From contig JBNRSN020000022.1 in NCBI GenBank assembly GCA_051313645.2, forward strand, positions 3,844,001-3,908,000: a DNA stretch of 64,000 nt, read 5' to 3'. Below, piece by piece: positions 1-14,519 of the stretch; the first letter of the stretch is position 1, and each line of letters starts with the position of its first letter. Below the pieces are notes generated by a model. That model was not told where the DNA came from. It made no database searches and worked only from the letters and a program-made list of their open reading frames with translations. The position numbers and the translations under genes were made by a program. Source of the stretch: Centroscyllium fabricii (lineage: Eukaryota).

Positions 1-3000
1 CTCCCCGATCACACACCCCATCACACTCCTTGATCACACTCCCCCGATCACACTCGCCCCAATCACACACCCCATCACACTCCCTGATCTCACTGCCCCC
101 AGATCACACACCCCCTGCTCAAACTCGCCCCGATCACACTCCCCCGATCACACTCCCCCCGATCACATTCCCCCTGCTCACACTCCCCCGATCACACTCC
201 ACCATCATACTCCCTGATCACAGCCCTCCAGATCACACTCCACCGATCACACTACCCCCGATCACACTCCCCCAGATCACACGCCCCCGATCACACTCGC
301 CCCGAACACACTCCCCGATCACACTCGCCCCGATCACACTCCCCCGATCACACTCCCCCTGCTCACACACGCCCCGATCACACTCCCCCGATCACACTCC
401 CCCCAATCACACTCCCCCCGATCACACACCCCATCACACTCCCTGATCTCACTGCCCCCAGATCACACACCCCCTGCTCAAACTCGCCCCGATCACACTC
501 CCCCGATCACACTCCCCCCGATCACATTCCCCCTGCTCACACTCCCCCGATCACACTCCACCATCATACTCCCTGATCACAGCCCTCCAGATCACACTCC
601 ACCGATCACACTCCCCCCGATCACACTCCCCCCGATTACACGCCCCCGATCACACTCGCCCCGAACACACTCCCCGATCACACTCGCCCCGATCACACTC
701 CCCCGATCACACTCCCCCCGATCACACTCCCCCCGATCACACTCCTCCCGATCGCACCCCCACCGATCACATTCCCCCAATCACATTCCCCCAATTACAT
801 TCCCCCAATCACATTCCCCCAATCACATTCCCCCCAATCACACTCCCCCCGATCAGACTCCCCCGATCACACTCCCCCCGATCACACTCGCCCCGATCTC
901 ACTCGCCCCGATCTCACTCGCCCCGATCACACTCCCTGATCTCACTCCCCCAGATCACACTCCCCCGATCACACTCGCCCGATCACACTCCCCTGATCAC
1001 CATCCCCCGATGACACTCCCCCGATCACACTCCCCCGGTTCACACTCGCCCCGTTCACACTCCCCACGTTCACACTCCCCCCGTTCACACTCCCCCCGAT
1101 CACACTCCCCCTGCTCACACACGCCCCGATCACACTCCCCCGATCACGCTCCCCCCAGATCACACTCCCCCGATCACACTCGCCCAATCACACTCCCCCG
1201 ATCACACTCCCCCCAGATCACACACCCCTTGCTCAAACTCGCCCCGATCACACTCCCCCGATCACACTCCCCTCCGTTCACATTCCCCCTGCTCACACTC
1301 CCCCGATCACACTCCACCATCATACTCCTTGATCACAGCCCTCCAGATCACACTCCCCCAATCACACTCCCCCATCACACTCCCCCGATCACACTCCCCC
1401 GATCACACTCGACCCGATCACACTCCCCGATCACACTCGCCCCGATCACACTCCCCCGATCACACCCCCCCCGATCACACTTCCCCCGATCACACTCCCC
1501 CCGATCGCAACCCCCCCGACCACATTCCCCCAATCACATTCCCCCAATCACATTCCCACAATCACATTCCCCCAATCACATTCCCCCCGATCACACTCCC
1601 CCCGATCACACTCCCCCGATCAGACACCCCATCACACTCCCTGATCTCACTCCCCCAGATCACACTCCCCCGATCACACTCGCCCGATCACTCTCCCCCG
1701 ATCACCATCCCCCGATGACACTCACCCCAATCACACTCCCCGATCACACTCGTCCCGATCACATTCCCCCGATCACACTCCCCCGATCACACTCTCCCCC
1801 GATCACACTCACCTCGATCACATTCCCCCCTATCAGACTCCACCAATCACACTGCCCCGATCACACTCCCCCCGTTCCCACTCCCCCGATCACACTCCCC
1901 CGATCACACTCCCCCCGATCACACTCGCCCCGATCTCACTCGCCCCGATCACACTCCCCGATCACACTCACCCCGATCACACTTCCCCGATCACACTCCC
2001 CCCCGATCACACTCCCCCCGATCACACTACCCCCGATCGCACCCCCCCTATCACATTCCCCCAATCACTTTCCCCAATCACATTCCCCCAATCACATTCC
2101 CCCAATCACATTCCCCCCGATCACACTTCCCCCGATCACTCTCCCCCGATCAGACACCACATCACACTCCCTGATCTCACTCCCCCAGATCACACTCCCC
2201 CGATCACACTCGCCTGATCACACTCCCCCGATCACCATCCCCCGATGACACTCACCCCAATCACACTCCCCAATCACACTCGCCCCGATCACACTCCCCC
2301 GATCACACTCCACCGATCGCACTCTCCCCCCGATCACACTCCCCCCCGATCACATTCCCCCTGATCAGACTCCCCCGATCACACTACCCCCGAGCACACT
2401 CCCCCCGATCACACTCCCCCCGAACACACTCCCCCCGATCACACTCCCCCCGATCACACTCCCACCGATCACACTCCCCCCGATCACACTCCCCCCGATC
2501 ACACTCGCCCCGATCACACTCCCCCGATCACACTCACCCGATCACACTCACCCGATCACACTCCCCCCGAACACACTCCCCCCTATCACACTCCCCCCGA
2601 TCACACTCGCCTCTCTCACACTCCCACGAATACACTCCCCCGATCACACTCCCCCTGTTCACACTCCCCCGATCACACTCCCCCGATCACACTCCCCCCG
2701 ATCACACTCACCCGATCACACTCGCCCCGATCACACTCCCCCGATCACACTGCCCCCCGATCACACTCTCCCCGATCACATTCCCCCCGATCGCACCCCC
2801 CCATCACATTCCCCCAATCACATTCCCCAATCACATTCTCCCAATCACATTCCCCCAATCACACTCCCCCCGATCACACTCGCCCCGATCACACTCCCCG
2901 ATCACACTCGCCCCGATCACACTTCCCCGATCACACTCCCCCCCGATCACACTCCCCCCGATCACACTCCCCCCGATCGCACCCCCCCTATCATATTACC

Positions 3001-6000
3001 CCAATCACTTTCCCCAATCACATTCCCCCAATCACATTCCCCCAATCACATTCACCCCGATCAAACTTCCCCCGATCACTCTCCCCCGATCAGACACCCC
3101 ATCACACTCCCTGATCTCACTCCCCCAGATCACACTCCTCCGATCACACTCGCCTGATCACACTCCCCCGATCACCATCCCCCGATGACACTCACCCCAA
3201 TCACACTCCCCAATCACACTCGCCCCGATCACACTCCCCCGATCACACTCCCCCGATCACACTCTCCCCCCAATCACACTCCCCCCCGATCTCATTCCCC
3301 CTGATCAGACTCCCCCGATCACACTACCCCCGAGCACGCTCCCCCGATCACACTTCCCCCGATCACACTCCCCCCGATCACACTCCCCCCGATCACAATC
3401 CCACCTATCACACTCCTCCCGATCACACTCCCCCCGATCACACTCGCCCCGATCGCACTCCCCCCGATCACTATCCTCCCGATCACACTCACCCGATCAC
3501 ACTCACCCGATCACACTCCCCCGATCACACTCCTCCGATCACACACACACGATCACACTCACCCGATCACACTCCCCCGATCAAACTCCCCCGATCACAC
3601 TCCCCCCGATTACACTCCACCCTCTCACACTTGACCCGATCACACTCCCCCCAATCACACTCCCCCGATCACACTCGCCCCGATCACACTCCCCGATCAC
3701 ACTCGCTCCGATCACACTCCCCCGATCACACTCCCCCCCGATCACACTCCCCTCGATCACACTCCCCCCGATCGCACCCCCCCGATCACATTCCCCCAAT
3801 CACATTCCCCCAATCACATTCCCCCAATCACATTCCCCCAATCACATTACCCCCGAACACACTCCCCCCGATCACACTCCCCCGATCAGACACCCCATCA
3901 CACTCCCTGAACTCACTCCCCCAGATCACACTCCCCCGATCACACTCGCCCGATCACACTCCCCCGATCACCATCCCCCGATGACACTCACCCCAATCAC
4001 ACTCCCCGATCACACTCGCCCTGATCACACTCCCCCGATCACACTCCCCCGATCACACTCCCCCCGATCACACTCCACCCTCTCACACTCCACCCGATCA
4101 CACTCCCCCCGATCACACTCCCCCGATCACACTCCCCCCGTTCACACTCGCCCCGTTCACACTCCCCCCGTTCACACTCCCCCGATCACACTCCACCCGA
4201 TCACACTCCACCCGATCACACTCCCCCTGCTCACACTCGCCCCGATCACACTCCCCCGATCACACTCGCCCGATCACACTCCCCCGATCACACTCGCCCC
4301 ATCACACACCCCATCACACTCCCTGATCTCACTGCCCCCAGATCACACACCCCCTGCTCAAACTCGCCCTGATCACACTCCCCCGATCACACTCCCCCCC
4401 GATCACATTCCCCCTGCTCACACTCCCCCGATCACACTCCACCATCATACTCCCTGTTCACAGCCCTCCAGATCACACTCCCCCGATCACACTCCCCCCG
4501 ATCACACTCCCCCCGATCACACTCCCCCGATCACACTCCCCCGATCACACTCGCCCCGATCACACTCCCCGATCACACTCGCCCCGATCACACTCCCCCG
4601 ATCACACACCCCCCCGATCACACCCCCCCCGATCACACTCCCCCCGATCGCAGCCCCCCCGATCACATTCCCCCAATCACATTCCCCCAATCACATTACC
4701 CCAATCACATTCCACCAATCACATTCCCCCCGATCACACTCCCCCCGATCACACTCCCCCGATCAGACACCCCATCACACTCCCTGATCTCACTCCCCCA
4801 GATCACACTCCCCCGATCACACTTGCCCGATCACACTCCCCCGATTACCAACCCCCGATGACACTCACCCCAATCACACTCCCCGATCACACTCCCCCGA
4901 TCACCATCCCCCGATGACACTCCCCCGATCACACTTGCCCGATCACACTCCCCCGATTACCAACCCCCGATGACACTCACCCCAATCACACTCCCCGATC
5001 ACACTCGCCCCGATCACAATCCCCCGATCACACTCCCCCGATCACAGTCTCCCCCCGATCACACTCCCCCCGATCACATTCCCCCTGATCAGACTCCCCC
5101 GATCACACTCCCCCCGATCACAACCGCCCCGCTCACAGTCCCCCGATCACACTCCCCCCGATCACACTCCCCACCGATCACATTCCCCCCGATCACACTC
5201 CCGCCGATCACAATCCCCCCGATCACACTCCCCCCGATCACACTCCCACCGATCACACTCCCCCCACTCACACTCCCCCCGATCACACTCGCCCCGATCA
5301 TACTTGCCCCGATCACACTCGCCCCTCTCACACTCCCCCGATCACACTCACCCGATCACACTCACCCGATCACACTACCCCGATCACACTCCCCCGATCA
5401 CACTCACCCGATCACACTCACCCGATCACACTCCCCCGATCACACTCCCCCGATCACACTCCCCCCGAACACACTCCACCCTCTCACACTTGCCCCGATC
5501 ACACTCTCCCTGATCACACTCCCCCGATCACACTCCCCCCGTTCACACTCGCCCCGTTCACACTCTCCCCGTTCACACTCCCCCGATCACTCTCCCCCCG
5601 ATCACACTCCCCCTGCTCACACTCGCCCCGATCACACTCCCCCGATCACACTCCCCCCGATCACACTCCCCCCGATCACACACCCCATCACACTCCTTGA
5701 TCTCACTCCCCCCGATCACACTCACCCGATCACACTCGCCCGATCACACTCCCCCGATCACACTCGCCCCAATCACACACCCCATCACACTCCCTGATCT
5801 CACTCCTTCCAGATCACACACCCCCTGCTCAAACTCGCCCCGATCACACTCCCCCCGATCACACTCCCCCGATCACACTCGCCCCGATCACACTCCCCGA
5901 TCACACTCGCCCCGATCACACTCCCCCGATCACACCCCCCCCCGATCACACTCCCCCCGATCACACTCGCCCCGATCGCACCCCCTATCACATTCCCCCA

Positions 6001-9000
6001 ATCACATTCCCCAATCACATTCCCCCAATCAAATTCCCCCAATCACATTCCCCCCGATCACACTCCCCCCGATCACTCTCCCCCGATCAGACACCCTATC
6101 ACACTCCCTGATCTCACTCCCCCAGATCACACTCCCCCGATCACACTCGCCTGATCACACTCCCCCGATCACCATCCCCAATCACACTCGCCCCGATCAC
6201 ACTCCCCCGATCACACTCTCCCCCCGATCACACTCCCCCCGATCACATTCCCCCCCGATCAGACTCCCCCGATCACACTACCCCCGAGCACACTCCCCCC
6301 GATCACACTCCCCCGATCACACTCCCCCCGATCACACTCACCCCCTATCACACTCCCCCCGATCACACTCCCCCCGATCACACTACCCCCGAGCACACTC
6401 GTCCCCCGATCACACTCCCCCCGATCACACTCCCCCCGATCACACTCCCCCCGATCACACTCCCCCCGATCACACTCGCCCCTCTCACACTCCCACGAAT
6501 ACACTCCCCCGATCACACTCCCCCCGTTCACACTCCCCCGATCACACTCCCCCCGATCACAATCGCCCCGCTCACAGTCCCCCGATCACACTCCCCCGAT
6601 CACACTCTCCCCCCGATCACACTCCCACCGATCACACTCCCCCCGATCACACTCCCCCCGATCACACTCGCCCCGATCACACTCACCCCGATCACACTCT
6701 CCCCGATCACACTCCCCCGATCACACCACCCGATCACACTCACCCGATCACACTCTCCCGATCACACTCCCCCACGATCACACTCCCCCCGATCACACTC
6801 CACCCTCTCACACTATCCCCGATCACACTCCCCCCGATCACACTCCCCCGATCACACTCCCCCCGTTCACACTCGCCCCATTCACACTCGCCCCGTTCAC
6901 ACTCCCCCCGTTCACACTCCCCCGATCACACTCCCCCTGATCACACTCCCCCTGCTCACACTCGCCCCGATCACACTCCCCCGATCACACTCCCACCAAT
7001 CACACACCCCATCACATTCCCTGATCTCACTCCCCCCAGATCACACACCCCCTGCTCAAACTCGCCCCGATCACACTCCTCCGATCACAATCCCCCCCGA
7101 TCACATTCCCCCTGCTCACACTCCCCCGATCACACTCCACCATCATACTCCCTGATCACAGCCCTCCAGATAACACTCCACCGATCACACTCCCCCCGAT
7201 CACACTCCCCCCGATCACACGCCCCCGATCACACTCGCCCCGATCACACTCCCCGATCACACTCGCCCCAATCACACTCCCCCGATCACACTCCCCCCCG
7301 ATCACACTCCCCCCGATCACACTCCCCCCGATCGCACCCCCCCGATCACATTCCCCCAATCACATTCCCCCAATCACATTCCCCCAATCACACTCCCCCC
7401 GATCACACTCCCCCCAGATCACACTCCCCCGACCACACTCCCCCCAATCACACTCCCCCCGATCACACACCCCATCACACTCCTTGATCTCACTCCCCCC
7501 AGATCACACTCCCCCGATCACACTCCCCCCGATCACATTCCCCCTGCTCACACTCCCCCCGATCACACACCCCATCACACTCCTTGATCTCACTCCCCCC
7601 AGATCACACTCCCCCGATCACACTCACCCCGATCACACTCCCCCCGATCACACTCCTCCGATCACACTCGCCCCGATCACACTCCCCGATCACACTCGCC
7701 CCAATCACACTCCCCCGATCACACTCCCCCCATCACACTCCCCCCGATCACACTCTCCCCGATCGCAACCCCCCCAATCACATTCCCCCAATCACATTCC
7801 CCCAATCACATTCCCACAATCACATTCCCCCAATCACATTCCCCCCGATCACACTCCCCCGATCAGACACCCCATCACACTTCCTGATCTCACTCCCCCA
7901 GATCACACTCCCCCGATCACACTCGCCCGATCACACTCCCCCGATCACCATCCCCCGATGACACTCACCCCAATCACACTCCCCGATCACACTCGTCCCG
8001 ATCACGCTCCCCCGATCACACTCCCCCGATCACACTCTCCCCCCGATCACACTCCCCCCGATCACATTCGCCCCTATCAGACTCCCCCGATCACACTCCC
8101 CCCGATCACAATCGCCCCGCTCACAGTCCTCCGATCACACTCCCCCGATCACACTCACCCCCTATCACACTCCCCCCGATCACACTCCCCACCGATCACA
8201 TTCCCCCCGATCACACTCCCCCCGATTACACTCCCCCCGATCACACTCCCCCCGATCACACTCCCCCCGATCACACTCGCCTCTCTCACACTCCCACGAA
8301 TACACTCCCCCGCTCACACTCACCCCGTTCACACTCCCCCGATCACAATCCCCCGATCACACTCCCCCCGATCACACTCCCCCGATCACACTCGCCCCGA
8401 TCACACTCCCCGATCACACTCGCACCGATCACAATCCCCCGATCACACTCCCACCCGATCACACTCCCCCCGATCACACTCCCCCCGATCGCACGCCCCG
8501 ATCACATTCCCCCAATCACATTCCCCCAATCACATTCCCCCCATCACACTCCCCCCGATCACTCTCCCCCAATCAGACACCCCATCACACTCCCTGATCT
8601 CACTCCCCCAGATCACACTCCCCCGATCACACTCGCCTGATCACACTCTCTCCCAATCACCAGCCCCCGATGACACTCACCCCAATCACACTCCCCGATC
8701 ACACTCGCCCCGATCACACTCCCCCGATCACACTCCCCCGATCACACTCTCCCCCCGATCACACTGCCCGCCGATCACATTCCCCCCGATCAGGCTCCCC
8801 CGATCACACTCCCCCCGATCACAATCGCCCCGATCACACTAACCCCGAGCACATTCGCCCCCCGATCACACTCCCCCCGATCTTACTCCCCCCGATCACA
8901 CTCCCCCCGATCACACTCCCACTGATCACACTGCCCCCGATCACACTCCCCCCATCACACTCGCCTCATCACACTCCCCCCGATCACACTCCCCACGATC

Positions 9001-11000
9001 ACACTACCCCGATCACAATCGCCCCGCTCACAGTCCCCTGATCACACTCCCCCCGATCACACTCACCCCCTATCACACTCCCCCGATCACACTCCCCCGA
9101 TCACACTACCCCCGAGCCCACTCGACCCCGATCACACTCCCCCCGATCACACTCCCCACCGATCACATTCCCCCCGATCACACTCCCCCCGACCACACTC
9201 CCCCCGACCACACTCCCCCGATCACACTCCCCCCGATCACACTCACCCCTCTCACACTCCCACGAATACACTCCCCCGATCACACTCCCCCGATCACACT
9301 CCCCCCGATCACAATCGCCACGCTCACAGTCCCCCGATCACACTCCCCCCGATCACACTCACCCACTATCACACTCCCCCCGATCACACTCCCCCCGATC
9401 ACACTACCCCCGAGCACACTCGCCCCCGATCACACTCCCCCGATCACACTCCCCACCGATCACATTCCCCCCGATCACACTCCCCCCGATCACACTCCCC
9501 CCGATCACACTCCCACCGATCACACTCCCCCCGATCACACTCCCCCCGATCACACTCGCCCCTCTCACACTCCCACGAATACACTCCCCCGATCACACTC
9601 CCCCTGTTCACACTACCCCGATCACACTCCCCCGATCACACTCCCCCCGATCACACTCCCCCGATCACACTCGCCCCTATCACACTCCCCGATCACACTC
9701 GCCCCAATCACACTCCCCCGATCACACTCCCCCCCGATCACACTCCCCCCGATCCCACTCCCCCCGATCGCACCCCCCCGATCACATTCCCTCAATCACA
9801 TTCCCCCAATCCCATCCCCCAATCACATTCCCCCAAACACATTCCCCCCGATCACACTCCCCCCGATCACACTCCCCCGATCAGACACCCCATCACACTA
9901 CCTGATCTCACTCCCCCAGATCACACTCCCCCGAACACACTCGCCCGATCACACTCCCCCGATCACCATCCCCCGATGACACACACCCCAATCACACTCC
10001 CCGATCACACTCGCCCCGATCACTCTCCCCCGATCACACACCCCCGATCACACTCTCCCCCCGATCACACTCCCCCCCGATCACATTCCCCCCGATCAGA
10101 CTCCCCCGATCACACTCCCCCCGATCACAATCGCCCCGACAACACTCCCCCCGATCACACTCCCCCCGATCACACTCCCCCCGATCACACTCCCCCTGAT
10201 CACACTCCCACCGATCACACTCCCCCCGATCACACTCCCCCCGATCACACTCGCCCCGATCACACTCCCCCCGATCACACTCCCCCCGATCACACTCCCC
10301 CGATCACACTCACCCAATCACACTCACCCAATCACACTCCCCCGATCTCACTCACGTGATCACACTCCCCTGATCACACTCCCCCCGATCACACTCCACC
10401 CTCTCACACTTGCCCCAATCACACTCCCCCCGATCACACTCCCCCGATCACACTCCCCCTTTCACACTCGCCCCGTTCACACTCCCCCTGTTCACACTCC
10501 CCCGATCACACTCCCCCCGATCACACTCCCCACCGATCACATTCCCCCCATCACACTCCCCCCGATCACACTCCCCCCGATCACACTCCCCCCGATCACA
10601 CTCCCCCGATCACACTCACCCCGATCACACTCGCCCCTTTCACACTCCCACGAATACACTCCCCCGATCACACTCCCCCCGTTCACACTCCCCCGATCAC
10701 ACTCCCCCCGATCACAATCGCCCCGCTCACAGTCCCCCGATCACACTCCCCTGATCACACTCTCCCCCCGATCACACTCCCACCGATCACACTCCCCCCG
10801 ATCACACTCCCCCCGATCACACTCGCCCCGATCACACTCACCCCGATCACACTCTCCCCGATCACACTCCCCCGATCACACCACCCGATCACACTCACCC
10901 GATCACACTCACCCGATCACACTCCCCCCCGATCACACTCCCCCCGATCACACTCCACCCTCTCACACTATCCCCGATCACACTCCCCCCGATCACACTC
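1..11000. repeat. Satellite/minisatellite array of 13-16 bp units, consensus GATCACACTCCCCCC (variants GATCACACTCGCCCC, AATCACATTCCCCC); probably continues left of the window
   Basis: Directly visible tandem units across 11 kb. One strand is C-rich and the other carries G4-7 tracts. The Pro/His/Ser-rich ORFs here are by-products of the repeat. Confidence 0.97.
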
Positions 11001-11473
11001 ACAATTCACAATTCAAAAAGCTTTATTGGCATGAATGATATCAACCGTTGTTGCCAAAGCAGTGCAACATACATAAGAATATTACATTAGTAGAGCATTG
11101 TAACATACATAAAAATAATACATTAGTAGACGTACTACATAGAATAATACATTAGTAGACTTATTGACAACCGTACATTAGTTACGCACACATGTACATT
11201 TATACCCGCATATAGAGCTTGTATGCTCATCCTAGCTTCAATGTCAATGGTCACTGGTTGTCCCTCTGCTTATGACAAGCTGTGACGTAGTTTGCCGCTA
11301 GTTTTATACATTCCCTCTGTTCCCCTAGTAGGTATGGGAGTTTCTGGTGGTCGGTCAAATTTTTGAATTCAGGGCATGCTGTTGCAAATTTTGGGAAGAA
11401 ATTTCCCCTTATTCCCTGATAATTTTCGCAAGTTGTGAGGAAGTGCAGCTCTGTCTCCACCACTCCCTGACTG

Positions 11474-12454
11474 TGTAACGGATTGGTGTAATCGGAATGA
11501 GGGCGGGGCCCAAATGCAGAGACACTGAAACATCCTTTATAACTAACTCCTTTATACACAACCCCATAAAATAGCATACAAATATATAATTATATAAGAA
11601 ACATATTGAACACAAGTCTTATCTAAAGACCGGCACAGACTTCCCAAAATAGTGAGTAATGGATAGAGGGGTGCCACGCAACCAAGCGCGTCATTCTCCC
11701 GAGGAATACAAGTCCAGGCATAACTGTCCAACTTAAAACGAGCTCTCCTCTAGAAGCAGGACATCCCAATCCAAATACTTAAAGAGAAACGAACAAGTCC
11801 TCCTCTGCGAGTAGGACATCACAATCCAAATACATCGTAGAGGATTTGGGAACAGCTTCTGCATACAGGTATCAAATGTCCAAACCTGGATTCGGATGAA
11901 GAAACGAATGTCCAAGTAGTGGATTCAGATCCACAAGCAGGGGAACGCCCTTACTCCACATATGAGTTGTCCATTGCTGGGTTCCCGATAGCAGGGCGCA
12001 CTGTCAAGGCAGAGTGATATGAGTTCCACCCCAATGCCCCTGTCGGGCAACTCAGCCTGAGCACCTGAAATAGCAGAGTGCAAAGTAAAGGCTGAGTCAG
12101 TCGATCTCCAACCTCCTTGCCTCTGACGGCCACTCAGCTCAGCAGCAGTAACCACTTCGTCCAGTGGCCTGAAGAATGTGTGGTAGAAGTCCAGTTCAGT
12201 AACACATTACAATACAATGCAATACAATGATCCCGCGCTGCTCTCATGCCTAACTCCAGTTTATGAACTAAAACCAGCAAGCAAACCCTTTGGTGATAGC
12301 CAATAACTTGGAGGCCATGAGAGCAGGACACAACTAGCAATAGACAGATAATAGAAACAATTAATGACATAACAAGGGAACCCAGTCCTCAAAACAGCTG
12401 TGAAGCACCACAAAAACTGTTCTTCATTCTTAAAGGAACAGGCACCCTGTGACA
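11474..12454 (-). mobile_element. Solo LTR or non-coding LTR element (981 bp) inserted in the LINE
   Basis: Termini TGTAAC...GTGACA and 5-bp TSD GACTG (11469-11473 and 12455-12459). The empty site is visible in the second LINE copy near 63893. Confidence 0.85.
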
Positions 12455-14519
12455 GACTGCAGTGGGAGCACAGCCTTTCCTCTCTGGGCAACCAAGTCTT
12501 TCTGTGTCTGCCTTTTTCGATGGCTAGGCTGTGCTCGCAAAGTCTGTACATTGTCAGAGTTTTTCTCAGTTTGCTATCTTTCACCATGGACAGGTAGTCC
12601 GCCATGGTGTACTGTCTGTTTAGGGCCAAGTAGCAATCTAGTTTGTTTTGGGTTTTTGTCGTTTCTGTCCAGTAGTTCAGGTATTTTTCTTTTTGTTGAG
12701 TAATAATTGTGTTGGGTCGGATTCTGAGTGCTAGGGCGTCACTGTCCAGGGGCTGGTTGTTACCAGTAGTGTTAGTAGTTTTTCCGCTAAGTTGGTTGTT
12801 AACAGTAGTGTTATTAGTTACTTCGCTAAGTCCTAGGACTAGTTGGTTGATGGGACTTCTTTTTATGTTCGCTTCTTGGCATTTCAGGGCTTTGTAGTGA
12901 TAACTGTGAGGGTTGCTCAGTTTTAGATGTTTCCAGAATTTGATTGCTCTTTTTTGGATTTTAAATAGTAGTGGGTATTGGCCTAACTCTGCCCTGCATG
13001 CATTGTTTGTGGTTTTCCTCTGAGTCCGAAGGATACTCTTACAAAACTCAGCATGCAGGGTCTCAATTGGGTGTTTGTCCCATTTTGCAAATTCGTGGTG
13101 TGATAGCAGACCCCACACCTCGCTGCCATAAAGTGCAATTGGTTCAATTACTGAGTTAAAAATTTTGATCCAAATGCCAGGTGGAATTTCTATTTGGATT
13201 GACTTCTTAATGGCATAGAATGCCCTTCTCGCTTTCTCTTTCAGTTCGTTCACGGCCAAGTGAAAATTTCCCGTGGAACTGATTTTTAACCCTAAGTATG
13301 TGTAGTTTGTAGTTTGTTCAATTTGTGTTGCTCCTAGTGTGTAGTTTGTTTTGGTTCCCTGATGTCTGGTTCTTTGCTGGAATACAAGAACCTTGGTTTT
13401 TTTGGGGTTTATTTTCAATGCCCAATTCTGGCAGAATGACTCTAACCGATCGAGGTTCTGCTGTAGACCCTCCTCTGTCGGTGACAGCAGGACTAGATCA
13501 TCTGCATACAGGAGGAATTTAACCTCGGAGTCATGTAGGTCGAGGCCCGGTGCTGTAGATTGTTCCAGTGTTTTTGCCAGTTCATTTATATAGATGTTAA
13601 AAAGAGTTGGTGAGATAGACGAGCCCTGTGCCACGCCACGCCCCTGTGGGAAGTATTTTGTTTGTTTATCTCCGATTTTAACTGCACATTTGTTTCCTGT
13701 GTACATTGATTTAATCACGTCATACGTTTTTCCCCCTATCCCTCCTTCGATGAGTTTTAGGAATAGACCATCGTGCCAAATAGAGTCGAATGCCTTTTGG
13801 AAATCTATAAAGCAGGCAAAAATTTTGCTTTTATTTTGGTGGACATGTTTGTCTATTAGGGTGTGGAGGGTGAAAATATGGTCAGAGGTTCTATAGTTTG
13901 GTAGGAATCCAATTTGGCTGTTACTCAGGACATTGTGCTCCGTGAGAAAGCTTGTGAGTCTTTTGTTTATGATACTACAGAATACCTTCCCCAGGTTGCT
14001 GCTCACACAGATGCCTCTGTAATTGTTTGGGTCAAGTTTGTCTCCACTTTTAAATATGGGTGTTATGAGTCCTTTGTTCCAGACTTCAGGGAAGTAACCG
14101 GCACTCAGAACCAAGTTGAAGAGTTGTAGGATAGCCGATTTCATTTTATCATCTGTGTGTTTTAGCATCTCGTTTAGTATGCCGTCTGCGCCACCTGCTT
14201 TTCTTGGTCGCAGGTCCCTAAGTTTTTCGGCTAGCTCTCTTTCAGTGATTAAGGAGTCTAGGGGGTTTTGGTAATCCTTTATGATCAGTTCGAGGTCGTG
14301 CAATTTTTTACATATTTGTTCTTGCTCTGGGCTTAGTGTGTGTTTCTGGTACAATTGGACAAAATGTTTTTCCCATATTTCACCATTTTGAATGGGCAGT
14401 TCGTCTTGTTGCTTTCTGTGTAATGCGTTCCAGTTGTCCCAGAAACTATTGGAATCAATAGATTCTTCAATGTCACTAAGTTTTTTCTTAGTATACTGTT
14501 CTTTCTTAGTTCTGAGTGT
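12455..14519 (-). CDS. LINE ORF2 reverse transcriptase region (no endonuclease; continues at 11468-11251 after the inserted LTR)
   Basis: Frame is open from TLRTKKEQY through YADD to RLCSHCS (ORF 12261..14354). Removing 11474-12459 restores ...SHCSQGVVETELHF..., as in ORF 63675..63989. Confidence 0.85.

Noticed and set aside
30-10754. Long Pro/His/Ser-rich ORFs (up to 596 aa) resembling extensin or mucin
   Set aside because: They are translations of a stop-poor satellite in several frames, with no unique sequence or splice structure.
1-11000. Telomeric repeat
   Set aside because: There are no TTAGGG/CCCTAA arrays and the unit is unrelated.
12261-12454. Hydrophobic C-terminal extension of the 697-aa RT ORF
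   Set aside because: It is read-through into the inserted LTR; the real C-terminus is at 11251-11468.
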